The position numbers were made by a program, and so were the translations under genes. A stretch of DNA of 64,000 nt from Mobula hypostoma (taxonomy: Eukaryota), in the NCBI RefSeq assembly GCF_963921235.1, contig NC_086118.1, positions 15,316,001 through 15,380,000 of the forward strand, written 5' to 3'. The notes under the pieces are model-generated. The model was not told the origin of the DNA and ran no database searches. It saw only the letters and a list, made by a program, of their open reading frames with translations. Shown piece by piece: positions 37,560 through 50,035 of this stretch. Position 1 is the stretch's first letter. Each line of letters opens with the position of its first letter.

Positions 37560-39475
37560 ACATGCTTTCGATCTCCAATAACTTTCAATTTCATGGCCCT
37601 GATTGCCCATTTTCACTATGGATATCCAATTCTTATATGCCTCTATCTCCCATCAAGTAGGCATTGAAGCTCTCTGCCTCTTCCTAGACAAAAGACCCAA
37701 TCAGTTGCCCTTCACCTCCATCCTCCTCCATCTGGCAGGACTAGACCTCACACTCAACAATTTCTCTTTAAGTTCCTCCCACCTTCTACAAACCCAAGGT
37801 GCAGCCATGGGCACCTACATGGGCCCCAGCTATGCCTGCCATTTCATTGACTACATAGGACAGTCCATGTTCCAAGCTTTCACTGGTAATGCTCCCCAAC
37901 TCTTTCGGTGCTACTTTGATGACTACATTGGTGCTGTTTCATGCATCCTTGCTGAGCGCATCAACTGTTCCTCCTACCCTCAAATTCCCTTAGTCCATTT
38001 CTGACATCTCTCTTCGTTTTCTCGAACTCTCTGTTACCATCTATGGAATCAGATTGTCCACTGATATTTTTATAAGTTTGCTGACTCTCACAGCTATCTC
38101 GACTATACTCCTTTCCATCCTGCCACTTGTGAAAATGCCATTTCCTTTTCTCCAGCTCCATCACATCTGTTCCCAGGATGAGGCTTTCCTTTTCAGGAAG
38201 TCAGAGATGTCCTCATTCTTTAAAGAATGGGGCTGTCCCTTCCTCCACCATTAATGCTACCCTCAGCTGCATCTGTTCTATTTCCCGGATTTCCGCCCTC
38301 ACCCCATCTTCCTGTTGCCTGAACAGGGATAGAGTTCCTCTCATCACTTACCACTCCAGCTTCTGGAACGAGCACATCAATCTCCACAACTTCTGGCATC
38401 TTCAGTGGAATCCTACTACCACCTTACCCCTCCCCCACTCTCCACTTTCCACTGGGATCACTCGCTCTGTGATTCCCATGTCTATTCGTCCCTCCCCACA
38501 GATCTCCCTCCTGGCCCTTGTCCCTGCAAGCAGAAGAAGTGCTACATATGCCCATTCACCTTTTCCCTCCCCACCATTCAGGGCCCCAAACAGTCCTTGC
38601 AGGTGAGGCAACACTTCATTTGTGAGTCTGTCGGGGGTCATCTACTATATCTGGTACTCCCAGTGCAGCCCCTTCTACATTGGTGAGACCCAACAGATTA
38701 GGGAACTACTTTGTAAAGCAGCTTTGCAATAAGCAGGATCTCCTGGTAGCCAATCATTCCCATTTCCACATATTGGTCCATGGCCTCCTCTACTGCCAAG
38801 ATGAGAGAGACAGCTCTCATGTTGGAGGAGCAACACCTCATATGCTCTCTGGGTAGCCTCCAACCAGATGCGAACATCCATTTTTCTAACTTCAGGTTAT
38901 TTCTTCCCCCTTCCCCTTCTCTCTTCTTCTGTGCTCCATTCTGGCATCTTCTCCTAACCTGCATTTTGCCTCCATCTGCTGCTTCTCCTTCCCTTTCTCC
39001 CATGGTCCATTCTCCTCTTCTATCGGATTCCTTCTTCATCAGCCCTTTGCCTTTTCCTTCTGTTACCTAACAGCTTCTCAGTTCACCTCCCCGCCATCCC
39101 TCTCCCACCTACCATCCCCTCACGTGGCTTCACCTGTTAATTTCCAGCTTTCCCCACCCGCCACCTTCTTATGAAGGATCTCAGCCAAAACCTCAACTTT
39201 TTATTCCTTTCAACGCACACAGAGTGCTGGAGAAACTCAGCAGGTCAGCCAGTATTTATGGAAAAAATTACAGTCAACATTTCAGGCTGAGACCCTTTGG
39301 CAGTCAGCTTGAAACGTCGACTGTACGTTTTTCCATAGATGCTGCCTGGCCCGCTGAGTTGCTCCAGCATTTTGTGTGTGTTGCTTCGATTTCCAGAATC
39401 TGCAGATTTTACCTTCTTTATTCCTTTCCATAGGTACTGCCTGACCTGCTGAGTTCCTCCAGCATTTTGTGTGTG
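37560..39475 (+). mobile_element. Decayed Penelope-like element (RT, GIY-YIG, terminus) with a foldback insertion at 39212-39416
   Basis: FTMDIQFLYASI, GAAMGTYMGPSYA and YFDDYIG motifs; RQHFICES; perfect TSD tttattcctttc 39200-39211 and 39417-39428 around the insert. Confidence 0.88.
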
Positions 39476-39479
39476 TTAC

Positions 39480-40189
39480 TTAAAGTCAGCAGGGTTAGCT
39501 ACAATAGTAGAGGATTTCAATTTCACCAATCCTGACTGGAAATACTTTATTTTGGAAGTGTCAGTCAGCAGGGGGGAGTTTTTAAAATGCATACGGGAAA
39601 ATGTTTTGAATACATACATCGATAATCCCACTAGAGAAGGACCAGTACTGGACGTAATGTTAGGGGATGTAGCCAAGCAAGGGGATACAGCAACAGGGAA
39701 GAACATTTCAGAGATGGTGGGAATAACTCTGTAAGTTACAAGATAGTGTGGAAAGAAACAACGTTGGTCCTTAAATTAGGATCTCATATTGTGGGAAAGC
39801 AGATTCGAATATTATAAGACATGAGCTGGTAAAAAGAATTGGAAGCAGTTACTTGCAGGTAGCTCCACAAGTGTGAAGCATTCAATTGTGTAATCATTAC
39901 AGCTCAGGGAAAATGTGTTCCTATAAAGGGAAAGCAAATTAGTGAGCCCAGGGAATCGAGGATGTCAAAGGATATCAAGAGCAGGATTGAAAAGAAAGCA
40001 AGCATATGATTGCTATAGAGAACTGAAAATGGGAAAGCCCTTCAGATATAGAAATATATTGGGAGGCAATACTTTGTAGATCAAAACAGCACAGAGTGGA
40101 CATGAAACATCACTAAATGACAAGGTGAAGGAAAATCCTAAAGCTAATTATAGGCTGTTTAAGAATAGAAGAGTAACTTGGGAAAAATA
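39480..40189 (+). mobile_element. Old CR1 endonuclease/linker region, continuing briefly at 41505-41575
   Basis: DFNF..PDW and PTREGPVLD motifs in ORF 39471..39734. Confidence 0.7.
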
Positions 40190-41492
40190 GCAACACACGT
40201 AAAAGTTCCTGGTGAATGCAGCAGGCCTGGCAGCATCTCTAGGAAGAGGTACAGTCCACTTTTCGGGTCGAGACCCTTCGTCAGGACGTACAGAAAAAAG
40301 AACTAGTAAGAGATTTGAAAGTGGGAAGGGGAGGGGGAAATCTGAAATGATAGGAGAAGGCAGGAGGGGGAGGGATGGAGTCAAGAGCTGGACAGTTGAT
40401 TGTCAAAAGGATATGAGAAGATCATGGGACAGGAGGCCTAGGGAGAAAGAAACGGGGTGGGGGGGGGAACCAGAGGATGGGCAAGGGGTATAGTGAAGGG
40501 GACAGAGGGAGAAAAAGGAGAGAAAGAAAAATAATGTGTGTATATAAATAAATAACGGATGGGGTACGAGGGGGAAGTGGGGCATTAGTGGAAGTTTGAG
40601 AAGTCAATGTCCATGCCATCAGGTTGGAGGCTACCCAGATGGAATATAAAGTGTTGTTCCTCCAACCTGAGTGTGGCTTCATCTTTATAGTAGAGGGGGC
40701 CATAGATAGACAGATCAGAATGGGAATGGGACGTGGAATTAAAATGTGTGGCCACTGGGAGATCCTGCTTTCTCTGGCGGACAGAGCATAGGTATTCAGC
40801 GAAACAATCTCCCAGTCTGTGTTGGGTCTCGCCAATATATAGAAGGCCACATCGGGAGCACTGGACGCAGTACATCACGCCAGCCGACTCACAGGTGAAG
40901 TGTCGCCTCACCTGGAAGGACGTCCCATTCCCATTCTGATATGTCTATCCACGGCCTCCTCTACTGTAAAGATGAAGCCACACTCAGGTTGGAGGAACAA
41001 CACCCTATATTCCGTCTGGGTAGCCTCCAACCTGCTGGCATGAACATTGACTGCTCAAACTTCTGCTAATGCCCCACCTCCCCGTCGTACCCCATCCGTT
41101 ATTTATTTATATACACACTTACTTTTTCTCTCTCTCCTTTTTCTCCCTCTGTCCCTCTCACTCTACTCCTTGCTCATCCTCTGGGCTTCCCCACTCCCCC
41201 TTTTCTTTCTCCCTAGGCCTCCTGTCCCATGATCCTCTCATATCCCTTTTGCCAATCAACTGTTCAGCTCTTGGCTCCAACCTTCCCCCTCCTGTCTTCT
41301 CCTAGAATTTCGGATCTCCCCCTCTCACTTTCAAATCTCTTACTAGCTCTTCTTTCAGTTAGTCCTGACGAAGGGTCTTGGCCCGAAAAGCCGACTGCAC
41401 CTCTTCCTAGAGATGCTGCCTGGCCTGTTCACCAGCAACTTTTATGTGTGTTGCTTGATTTTCCAGCATCTGCTGTTCTTCTCCTGTTTGTG
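40190..41492. mobile_element. Large inverted Penelope-like insertion (minus arm 40190-40920, plus arm 40921-41492)
   Basis: GIY-YIG ORF 40585..40911 (VMYCVQCSRCGLLYIGET); inversion junction at 40920/40921; TSD ttgggaaaaata 40178-40189 and ttggcaaaaata 41493-41504. Confidence 0.9.
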
Positions 41493-41574
41493 TTGGCAAA
41501 AATAAGTCTGTTTAAGAATCAAGGTTTGTGGAGGGAATCTCTAGGGCAAAGATATTTCAGCATTTGGAAAGACA

Positions 41575-42225
41575 AGGACAAAATGCTAAAGAAACTCAGC
41601 AGGCCAGGCAGCATCTATGGAAATGGGTACAGTCGACCTTTCAGAGCGAGACCCTTTGGCAGGTCTGGAGAAAAAATAGATGAGGAGTAGATTTAAATGG
41701 TGGGGGTCGGGAGAGGGAAACACAAAGTGATAGGTGAAATTGGGAGGGGAGGGGCTGAAGTAAATTGCTGGGAAGTTGATTGGTGAAAGAGATACAGGGC
41801 TGGTGAAGGGGATTCTGATAGTGAGGATAGAAGGCCATGGAAGAAGGAAAATGGGGAGGGAGCACCAGAGGGAGGAGATGGGCAGGCAAGGAGATACGAT
41901 GAGAGAAGAAAAAGGGGATGGGTCTGCTGGAGGAGAGGGTGGGGGGCCATTACTGGAAGTTGGAGAAATCGATGTTCATGCCATCAGGTTGAAGGATACC
42001 TAAACAGAATATAAGGTGTTGTTCCTCCAGTCTGAGTGTGGCCTCATCACAACAGTACAGGAAGCCATTGATTGACATATCAGAAAGGGATTAGGAAGTG
42101 GAATTAAATTGGGTGGTCACTGGGAGATCTTGCTCTTCTGGCAGATGGAGCATAGGTGCTTGGTGAAACGGTCTCCCAATCTACATTGGGTCTCAAAGAT
42201 ATACAGGAGACCACATCGGGAGGCA
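41575..42225 (-). mobile_element. Penelope-like 3' fragment
   Basis: same terminus and GIY-YIG-region sequence as the other PLE copies. Confidence 0.8.
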
Positions 42226-42757
42226 CCAAGCTCATGTTATAGCAAGTCTTCAAGATTCATGGTTCCCCCCACAACATCATCTCTGATCATGTCCCCAGTT
42301 TGCCTCTAGGTTTTGGAAGGCCTTTTGAGAGCTCATTAAGGCCTCTGCCAGTCTTTCTGTTGGGTTCCATCCACAGACCAATGGACAAACAGAGGGTCAC
42401 CCAGGACATAGAGAGAACACTCAGATGTCTAGCCTCAATGCACAATACGACCTGGAGTGACAACCTGATCTGGGTCGAGCTTGTGCACTACACAGTTCAA
42501 CATTCATATATCAGGATATCCCCTTTTGAATGCCAATTTGGGTACTGTCCTCCACTGTACCTGAAACAAGCAGCAGAAGTGGGGGTTCCATCAGCAGACC
42601 AACTGGTCCAGAGGTGTCGCCAGAAATGGATGAAGATGAGAGAGACATTGTTGGACAATTCACGTTAACAACAGGACTAAGCTAATCACTGGAGAAGACA
42701 GGAACCAGCACTTTTTCCCAGTCAGCTGGACTGGCACTCAACTAGAGATCTTCCCAA
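42225..42757 (+). mobile_element. Gypsy integrase fragment (second lineage)
   Basis: HGSPHNIISD, FHPQTNGQTE and ISPFECQFGY motifs across frames. Confidence 0.78.
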
Positions 42758-44660
42758 GTCATTGGGTAGTTTTAAAGTGGAGGTTGATAGGTTCTTGATT
42801 CGTAATGATGTCAGAGGTTATGGGGAGAAGGCAGGACAATAGACAGTAGGTGCAGGAGTAGGCCATTCGGCCCATTGAGTCAGCACCACCATTCACTGTG
42901 ATCATGGCTGATCATCCACAATCAGTATCCAGTTCCTGCCGTATCCCCGTAACCTTTGATTCCGCTATCTTTAAGAGCTCAATCCATCTCTTTCTTGAAA
43001 GCATCCAGAGACTTAGCCTCCACAGCCTTCTGGGGCAGAGCATTCCATATATCCATCACTCTCTGGGTGAAATGGGAAATGGGGTTGAGAGGGATAATAA
43101 ATCAGCCATGATTGAATGGTGGAGTAGACTCGACAGACTGAATGGCCAAACTCTATACATATGTCTTGTGGTCTATGTGGACTTTAGCAATTATAGGGAG
43201 GTGTTGGGAGACAAGGGCCTTATATCTTGGAATGTAGATTAACAGTGACATTATAGAAGTGTAAAACATTATGAGCAACAGAGGCAGGGTCAATATACAT
43301 AAATCTTTTCCCAGTGTAAGAGATCAAAAATATTAGGGGCACACAGCAGGTTTATGGTAAGGGGGAAAGATTTAAAAGGGAACTGAGGAAAAACTTGTTC
43401 ACACAGAGAATGCTGCATATGTGGAACAGACTGCTGCAGAAAGTAGTTAAGGCCAGTACAATATCAATACCTAAAAGAGATTTGGATAAGTATTTGGATA
43501 GGAAAGATTTACAGAGATATGGGACCAAACATGGGCAAAAGAGACTAATTTAGGTGGGAACTTTGGTCGGCTTGGACAAATTGGGCTCAATGGTCTGTTT
43601 CTCTATGAACCTATGACAATGTTGTTCACATAGTTAGTAAGTTTGTCACTGATAGCAAAATTGTTGATGTAATCAACAGAAAGAAGGTTATCTGAGATCA
43701 CAACAGGATCTAGTGGGCCAAGGAATGGCAAATATAATTTAACTCGGGCACGTGAGAGATGTTGCATTTTGGTAAGATAAACAGTGGCAGGACTTACACA
43801 GTAAATTACAAGCCTCTGGATAGTGTTTGAGGGCATTTGGCACAATTGCCTTCATCAGTCATTAAGCACAGGCATTAGGATATCATGTTAGTACTGTATA
43901 AGTCAGCAGTGAGACCCCACTTGCAGGTTTGGGCAGAGCTGTCCAGCAATATGACAGACATCACTAAGGGTGCAGAAATGATTCGTGAGGATGAGACTCG
44001 GACTGGAGGGCTTGAGATGGAATGAAAAGGTGGCTGGGCTTGGACAAATTTTCCCAGGAGAATAGGAGGGTTAGGGCTGACACAAAGTTATATAAAATCA
44101 TGTAATGCATCGGTTAAGTAAATGCTCACAGTCTTTATTCCAGGGAAATGGAGTCTAAACCAGAGGAGATGCAAGACAGACTGCAGATGTTGGAAATGAC
44201 AAAATGGTGAAGGAACTCAACAGATAAAACAGCATTGAAAGAAAGAAATGAACTGTCAACTTTTCAGGCTGAGACTCTTCATCAGGAAAAAGGACTGAAA
44301 GAGGCTGAGGCGGAACCTTACTGAGAAACATAGACTGAAGTGATAGTAGCAAACCTTTCTGCATAATAAAGGAGTGAAATTCCAGAGGGCAGAGGTTTAG
44401 AGTGAGGGGTAAGAGCTTAAGAGGGAAACGAGAATTTAGAAGAATTTTTCACCCAAAGGTGGTTGGAATCTGGAATGTACCGTTTGAGAGGATGGTGGAA
44501 ACACACACCTTCACAACATTTAAGAAGCAGCTTGATAAGCCCTGGAATTCACAGTGCATATTATGCTACAGATCAAGTGCTGGTGAATGGAATTACTAAA
44601 TGTATTCTTGATGATTGGCATGGACAAGATGGGCTGAAGGACTTTTTTCTATGACTGTAT
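42757..44660. mobile_element. Cluster of degraded CR1 fragments plus a PLE terminus (about 44170-44290)
   Basis: repeated CR1 3'-end motifs; boundaries approximate. Confidence 0.6.
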
Positions 44661-44799
44661 GCCTGAGGTATTTTTAAATGTTGCTGTTGATCTCCCGACA
44701 TTTACTTAGGTATGTGTTGTCCATAAAATACTGGACAAACCCTAACCAGCTAATTACTGTACCATCTGTTCACACTCAGCCATCACTTCACTGAAGAAA

Positions 44800-47700
44800 G
44801 TTGTCAGCAGTGCTATTAAGAGGTGTTTATTCACCACTGGGCAAACAGAAAATTTCAACCTCCATACCAGAACCAACGACAGCCCTGCTTTAATCCTCAA
44901 ACATCAGCATGTACAAGTCCACTTGCATGCGCATGTTCAGAGACCAATCTCCCAGTCATCATTTATTTGTTCCTCGAAGAATATGAAAGAATGGGTCTGA
45001 CACTTAACATCTGTTATCATTTCAGAGGATCTCCCCTGGGCCTAGCACGTCTGTGCAATTACAAAGAAAGCATGGCAGCACCTCTACTTCTCTAGGAGTT
45101 GGTGAACATTCAGCATGACAACTAAAACTTTGACAAGCTTTCAGCACTTCTACATGGAGCACTATTGCAAGAAAGCAGTACCCATCTTCAAGGACCCCTT
45201 CCATCCAGGCCATGCTCTCTTCTCACTGCTGCAGTCAGGAAGAAGATACAGGAGCCTCAGGACTCACAATACCAGGTTCTGACCAGGCTCTTGAAACAGA
45301 GAGGATAATTTCATTCAACTCCACTCACCCCATCAGAGCTGTTACCACAATCTATAGATTCAGTTTCAAGGACTCTTCATCTCATGTTTTCGATATTTAT
45401 TGCTTATATATTATATTTTTAATTTTTTCTCAGGTTCAGCTGGTAAAACCTGAGGTGCAGGCATACACAAACACAATCACTTCTCAATTGCTAGGAACAT
45501 TCGGACTATTCAAGTGGTGTTTAACATTGTGGCCTTCTTGAGATTTACATAAATATTGCTGTGTGGGCATAATTGTTTAATGCTATTGTATAGTGACTTT
45601 GGGGTGATAGCAGCTGTAGATATTACTATCGGAACAATGTATATCCTGTTCATGTTCCATAATCTTTCAATTTCTACTTTTAATTCAGCATATCTCTGGT
45701 GTTTTTCAGTAATTGATTTCTGTATGTCATTTATGTTACGAATGGCAATATCTACTAAGTAAGTTGTTCTTCCTTGTTTATCCTATAATATTATATCTGG
45801 ACAGTTATTATGGATTGACCTATCTACAGTATGATAATGAATCGTTTGTAATATAATCTGTAGGACTCCAACTCTAAAACTGAATCAGGCTTCTATTTAT
45901 AGTAAGATATGGTGTCTTTTACAGGTTTGTATTTTCAAGCAAGATTTTGGTGAATGATGTTTTCCACTGGAATGTACCTATGATAAGTAATAAGATTGAG
46001 TCAAGTTACTGCAGGATCCTGTAGTGTGTTGGATCATTTTTATCTCCCTTTGCATTTTCTGTATTTATCGTCTTGAATTCATTGGTCTTTAATTATGTAT
46101 GTTTGATTTTTTTTGTGTTAACCACCTGGTTCTGTATTGCCACGAGGAATACAGTGGACTTCATCACTGAGCCATGTGTTCAGTGCTTCCTTGTTGATAT
46201 CTAGTCTGCTCAGATCATGGGGATGTCTTCCATAGATGAAAATAATTCTTCTATACTGATAATTCCTTCATTTTTCTGAGCTTAGCAGTGTGAACTTCTT
46301 TATTTATATTATTCTTATTTTCTTTATATATTTTCTCTTTCGTATTTGCACATTGTTGTCCTTTGCACATTGGTTGTTTGTCCATCCTGTTGGGTGTAGT
46401 CTTTCATTGACCCCATTGTGTTTCTTGGTATTTACTGTGCATGTCCACAAATACACAAATCTCAGGGTTGTAGATGGTGACATATATGTACTTTTATAAT
46501 CATTTTACATTGAACTTTTGAATATTCTACACTCAGGTTTTTTACCAGCTTGCCCTTGCTGTACATAGTGCAGTGCCCTCTAAATAACTTCACTAGAATT
46601 TGAGCATGGAAAATGGGGACCACTTCTCAAATCTTGGAAGCCACTGCTTAAATTAAGGAATAGGTGATGAAATTCACCACTGCCAGGACAGTCTTTGGCT
46701 GTTTAAACAGCCTTTATCTCAAACTTAGCAGAAATCTCGAGGTCCACGGGGCAACAGTGATCCTTGCCTTTCTGCATGCTTCTGATACATGGAATATATA
46801 CAACAGTCATCTAAAAGCACAGAAGCAGCTTGACTCTGTGGTTAAGAAAGCATACGGTGCATTTGTCTTCATCAACTGTGGGATTGAGTTGAGGAGCCGT
46901 GAGGTAATGCTACAGCTATATAGGACTTTGGTCAGACCCCACTTGGAAAACTGTGCTCAGTACTGGTCACCTCACTACAGGAAGGATGTGGAAACTATAG
47001 AAAGGATGCAGAGGAGATTTACAAGGATGTTGCCTGGATTGGGATCATGCCTTATGAGAATAGCTTGACTGAACTCGGCCTTTTCTCCTTGGAGCGGCGG
47101 AGGCTGACAGGTGGCCTGATAGAGATGTGCAAGATGATGAGAGGCATTGATTGTGTGGATAGTCAGAGGCTTTTTCCCAGGGTGTAATGGCTAGCATGAG
47201 AGGGAACAGTTTTAAGGTGCTTGGAAGTAGGTACAGAGATATCGGGGTAAGTTTTTTTACGCAGAGAGTGGTGAGTGCATGGAATGGGCTGCCATAAGAC
47301 TGGAGAGTGGTGGAGGCGGATACGATAGGCTCTTTAAGAGACTCCTGGACAGGTACATGGAGCTTAGAAAAATAGAGGGGCTATGGGTAACCCTGGGTAA
47401 TTTCTAAAGTAAGTACATGTTCGGCACAGCACTGTGGGCCGAAGGGCCCGTACTGTGCTGTAGGTTTTCTAAGTTTCTGTGAGAAATATCAACACCATCT
47501 CATTGTGAGATGAATAAATTCTTACTTAGGATAAGTAACATGTCAGCATCCTCATATACTTCAACATCTCCTCCAACATATACAGAACAGCTGTTCACAT
47601 TTCTGACATCAGACTCTTGAAACAGTTAGTTTCCTCCAGGATTTATCACAGTTTGGCAGGTGGCACAGGAATCAATTCAAGGATTGTTTTTAAAGCCTCT

Positions 47701-47940
47701 TTGGAAAAGATGTATCTCTTGTAAGGAAAAAGAGAGAATTGAAAGACATTAATCTGGAGTAAATAGGAGCTCACAAACTGTGGAAAGAGTGTACCACCAC
47801 CCAAAATACCCATTCAACCACCCTGTCAAGCAGCTTCGACTTCTGTGGCAGTGTCTGCAGTTCCAATGTCAGGTCTGTCAGCTATTTCATAACTCATAGA
47901 ACGAGATCAAGCAAGTCACTCTAGACAGCAAGGCAGAGTA
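44800..47940 (+). mobile_element. Fragmented RTE-like LINE (about 44800-45015, 46520-46820, 47480-47940) hosting Rex, R4-like and CR1 (46820-47478) insertions
   Basis: MGLTLNI, HFSNLGS and ARTVFG..L..ASDTW remnants; the CR1 insert has RPHLENCAQYWSPHY. Confidence 0.55.
45420..46290 (-). mobile_element. R4/Dong-like non-LTR 3' fragment with a restriction-like endonuclease domain
   Basis: manual minus-strand translation: SIHNNCPDIIL*DKQGRTTYLVDIAI...EKHQRYAELKVEIERLWNMNRIYIVPIVIST; upstream QHTTGSC knuckle remnant. Confidence 0.75.
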
Positions 47941-48057
47941 AAATTCAGACCTTTATACAGCCATAGTCCAATCACAGTTAATGGTGCCAAACAGTGACAG
48001 CATCTGCCCTCAACAACATTTCAGGACTGACCTAAGCCCACCCTTAAGAATTCTTGG

Positions 48058-48365
48058 TAAACCTGAAATTATTGAAAATAAAGAAGAAAATTCCTTTCTG
48101 GCTGCAGTCATACCTTAAATAATTATGATCTGCTGTTGGAGGCCAGCCATTACGACTTGAGGATACTGCTGACATCCTTACAAAATGAAACAATCCTTGC
48201 CAGCTCCCAGCGAGACCTGGGAAACATAGATATGAACCGTTGAGTGAGAAGTAGCAATTGTGATATCTAAGTTCCAGACAGAAGTAATTTCTAACAACCT
48301 TCCTTTGACATTCAGTAGCATTACCATTGATAAGACCCAGTATGATACCCTGAGTCAGCACTGAA
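48058..48365. promoter_or_regulatory. Candidate SIX/Maf enhancer element
   Basis: TAAACCTGA 48058-48066, TGCTGAC 48167-48173, TGATACCC 48343-48350 abutting TGAGTCAGCA 48351-48360, in non-repeat DNA. Confidence 0.35.
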
Positions 48366-49283
48366 AAAATTCATAAATATTATGGCAGTAAGAACAGATC
48401 AGAGACTGCAAGGAGAGACTCATCCACTCACTCTCCAGTTCCAAACCATCTGCAAGACACAGTTAGCCATGTATCAATATTCAAGCTTATCATCAGTTCA
48501 CTGCACTTCATTAGTAGCAAATGCTTCCCCCACACCCCATGCATTCACTCCCTCAATCTTCTATGCAACTTGGCTACAGTGTTCCATCAATAATTGGCTG
48601 AAGCTTGCAGTCTGTTTCAATTCAATTTTATCAACTCTTCATCATAGTTTTTTTTCAATGAGTTCACTTTGATGTGTGGTTCTGTCAGCCAGTAACAATA
48701 AGAAGTGCTACAGAAAATAAAGTAAATAAAATTTATTCCTTTCACCGATCCAGTTGAAAAATCATTGGTCAGCAGTGCAAGTTCAAATATCAGATATGTG
48801 AGTTTTTAATTCAATCCAAATCATTTACTGAGCCAAAATAGAAAGAAAAAGAATGACACTTAAGACACAGAAATATTAATTGTGTACGTTTTTAAATTTC
48901 CAGTGAGATACACAGTCTGAATGAATTAGGCTCTGCACATGCAAAAAAAAACTTCTAGTGCCAGAAATGCTGCTGGACAGTGATTAGGACATATTATGCC
49001 ATAGAAGTATTTCTGGCAGCTTTAAATGAAGCTAAGTTCAGCAGCTTCATGCTGCTCCATGTAACTCAATGCCAAATCTCTGAGATACCATTGTAAATCA
49101 AGCAAGCCAATTCTGCATTTATGTGAGTGTGAACAGCCACTGGATAATGTCCAATTTACACACTAATGTCTTAGATGTTTCATCCACAATTATCTAATTT
49201 AGATAATTAGAATAAAATATTCAGAAGAATTAGTTCAAAACTCACCGTGGCAGTGAGGGATTTTAAATTCAAGTTATTTCCAC

Positions 49284-50035
49284 TAAGATGGCAGCGTGCT
49301 TGTACATAGCAGCTTCTATGGAGCCAACCTAAGATGCAATTGTCTTTTTTAAACATTTTTTTTACTATCACAAGATACTGCTGGGCATTAAGAATGTAAA
49401 GTGCTGTTGGTCTACCCCATCAATGAGTTGCTCATTGGCAGAGAAGCTGAAGGAGCTAGACGATGAGGTCATGCTGCGGCCTGCATCAAAGGAGTTGGTG
49501 CGCAAAGACTTTCTGCGTGATTGTCTTAAGTCATTTCTCTTGCGATTGCAAGACCCTGTTGAAATGCTGCAAGTCTGATCCCCTGATTCATTGGCAGGCA
49601 GTAGGGGCAGACAGCAGGGAGCTGAGTGGTGTCGGTTGTGATGAGGACTAGGCCTCAAGCCGCGGTGTCGCCTACTTACAGACATCCAGGAGAGAGGCAC
49701 TGCAGTTGGTGCACTCCACTGGAGCGTTAGGTGTGGTGTGGTGCAGTGTTCAAGCTGGAGTCAGTGCTGCCCCCAGAGTTCACTCAGCAGAAGACATGCT
49801 GAGTTATATTCTACTGCAGACTGTGGACTCAGGGTCTTGGACTTCTTTTGTGTGTGACTGTATTTTACTGATATCTTACATTTGCTTGCAATCTTATTTG
49901 TGCTAAATGTGCCTTGTGCTGTGTATGACCATTGGTACTGTTTTGCACCTTGGTCCTGGAGTAACACTGTTTTGTTCGGCTGTATTCATGGGTATTCATA
50001 TGTGGTTGAATGAAAATTAAACTTGGAACTTGAAA
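49284..50035 (+). mobile_element. Probable non-autonomous retroposon
   Basis: starts with AAGATGGC, ends with an attaaacttggaacttgaa-type tail; family not identified. Confidence 0.4.
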
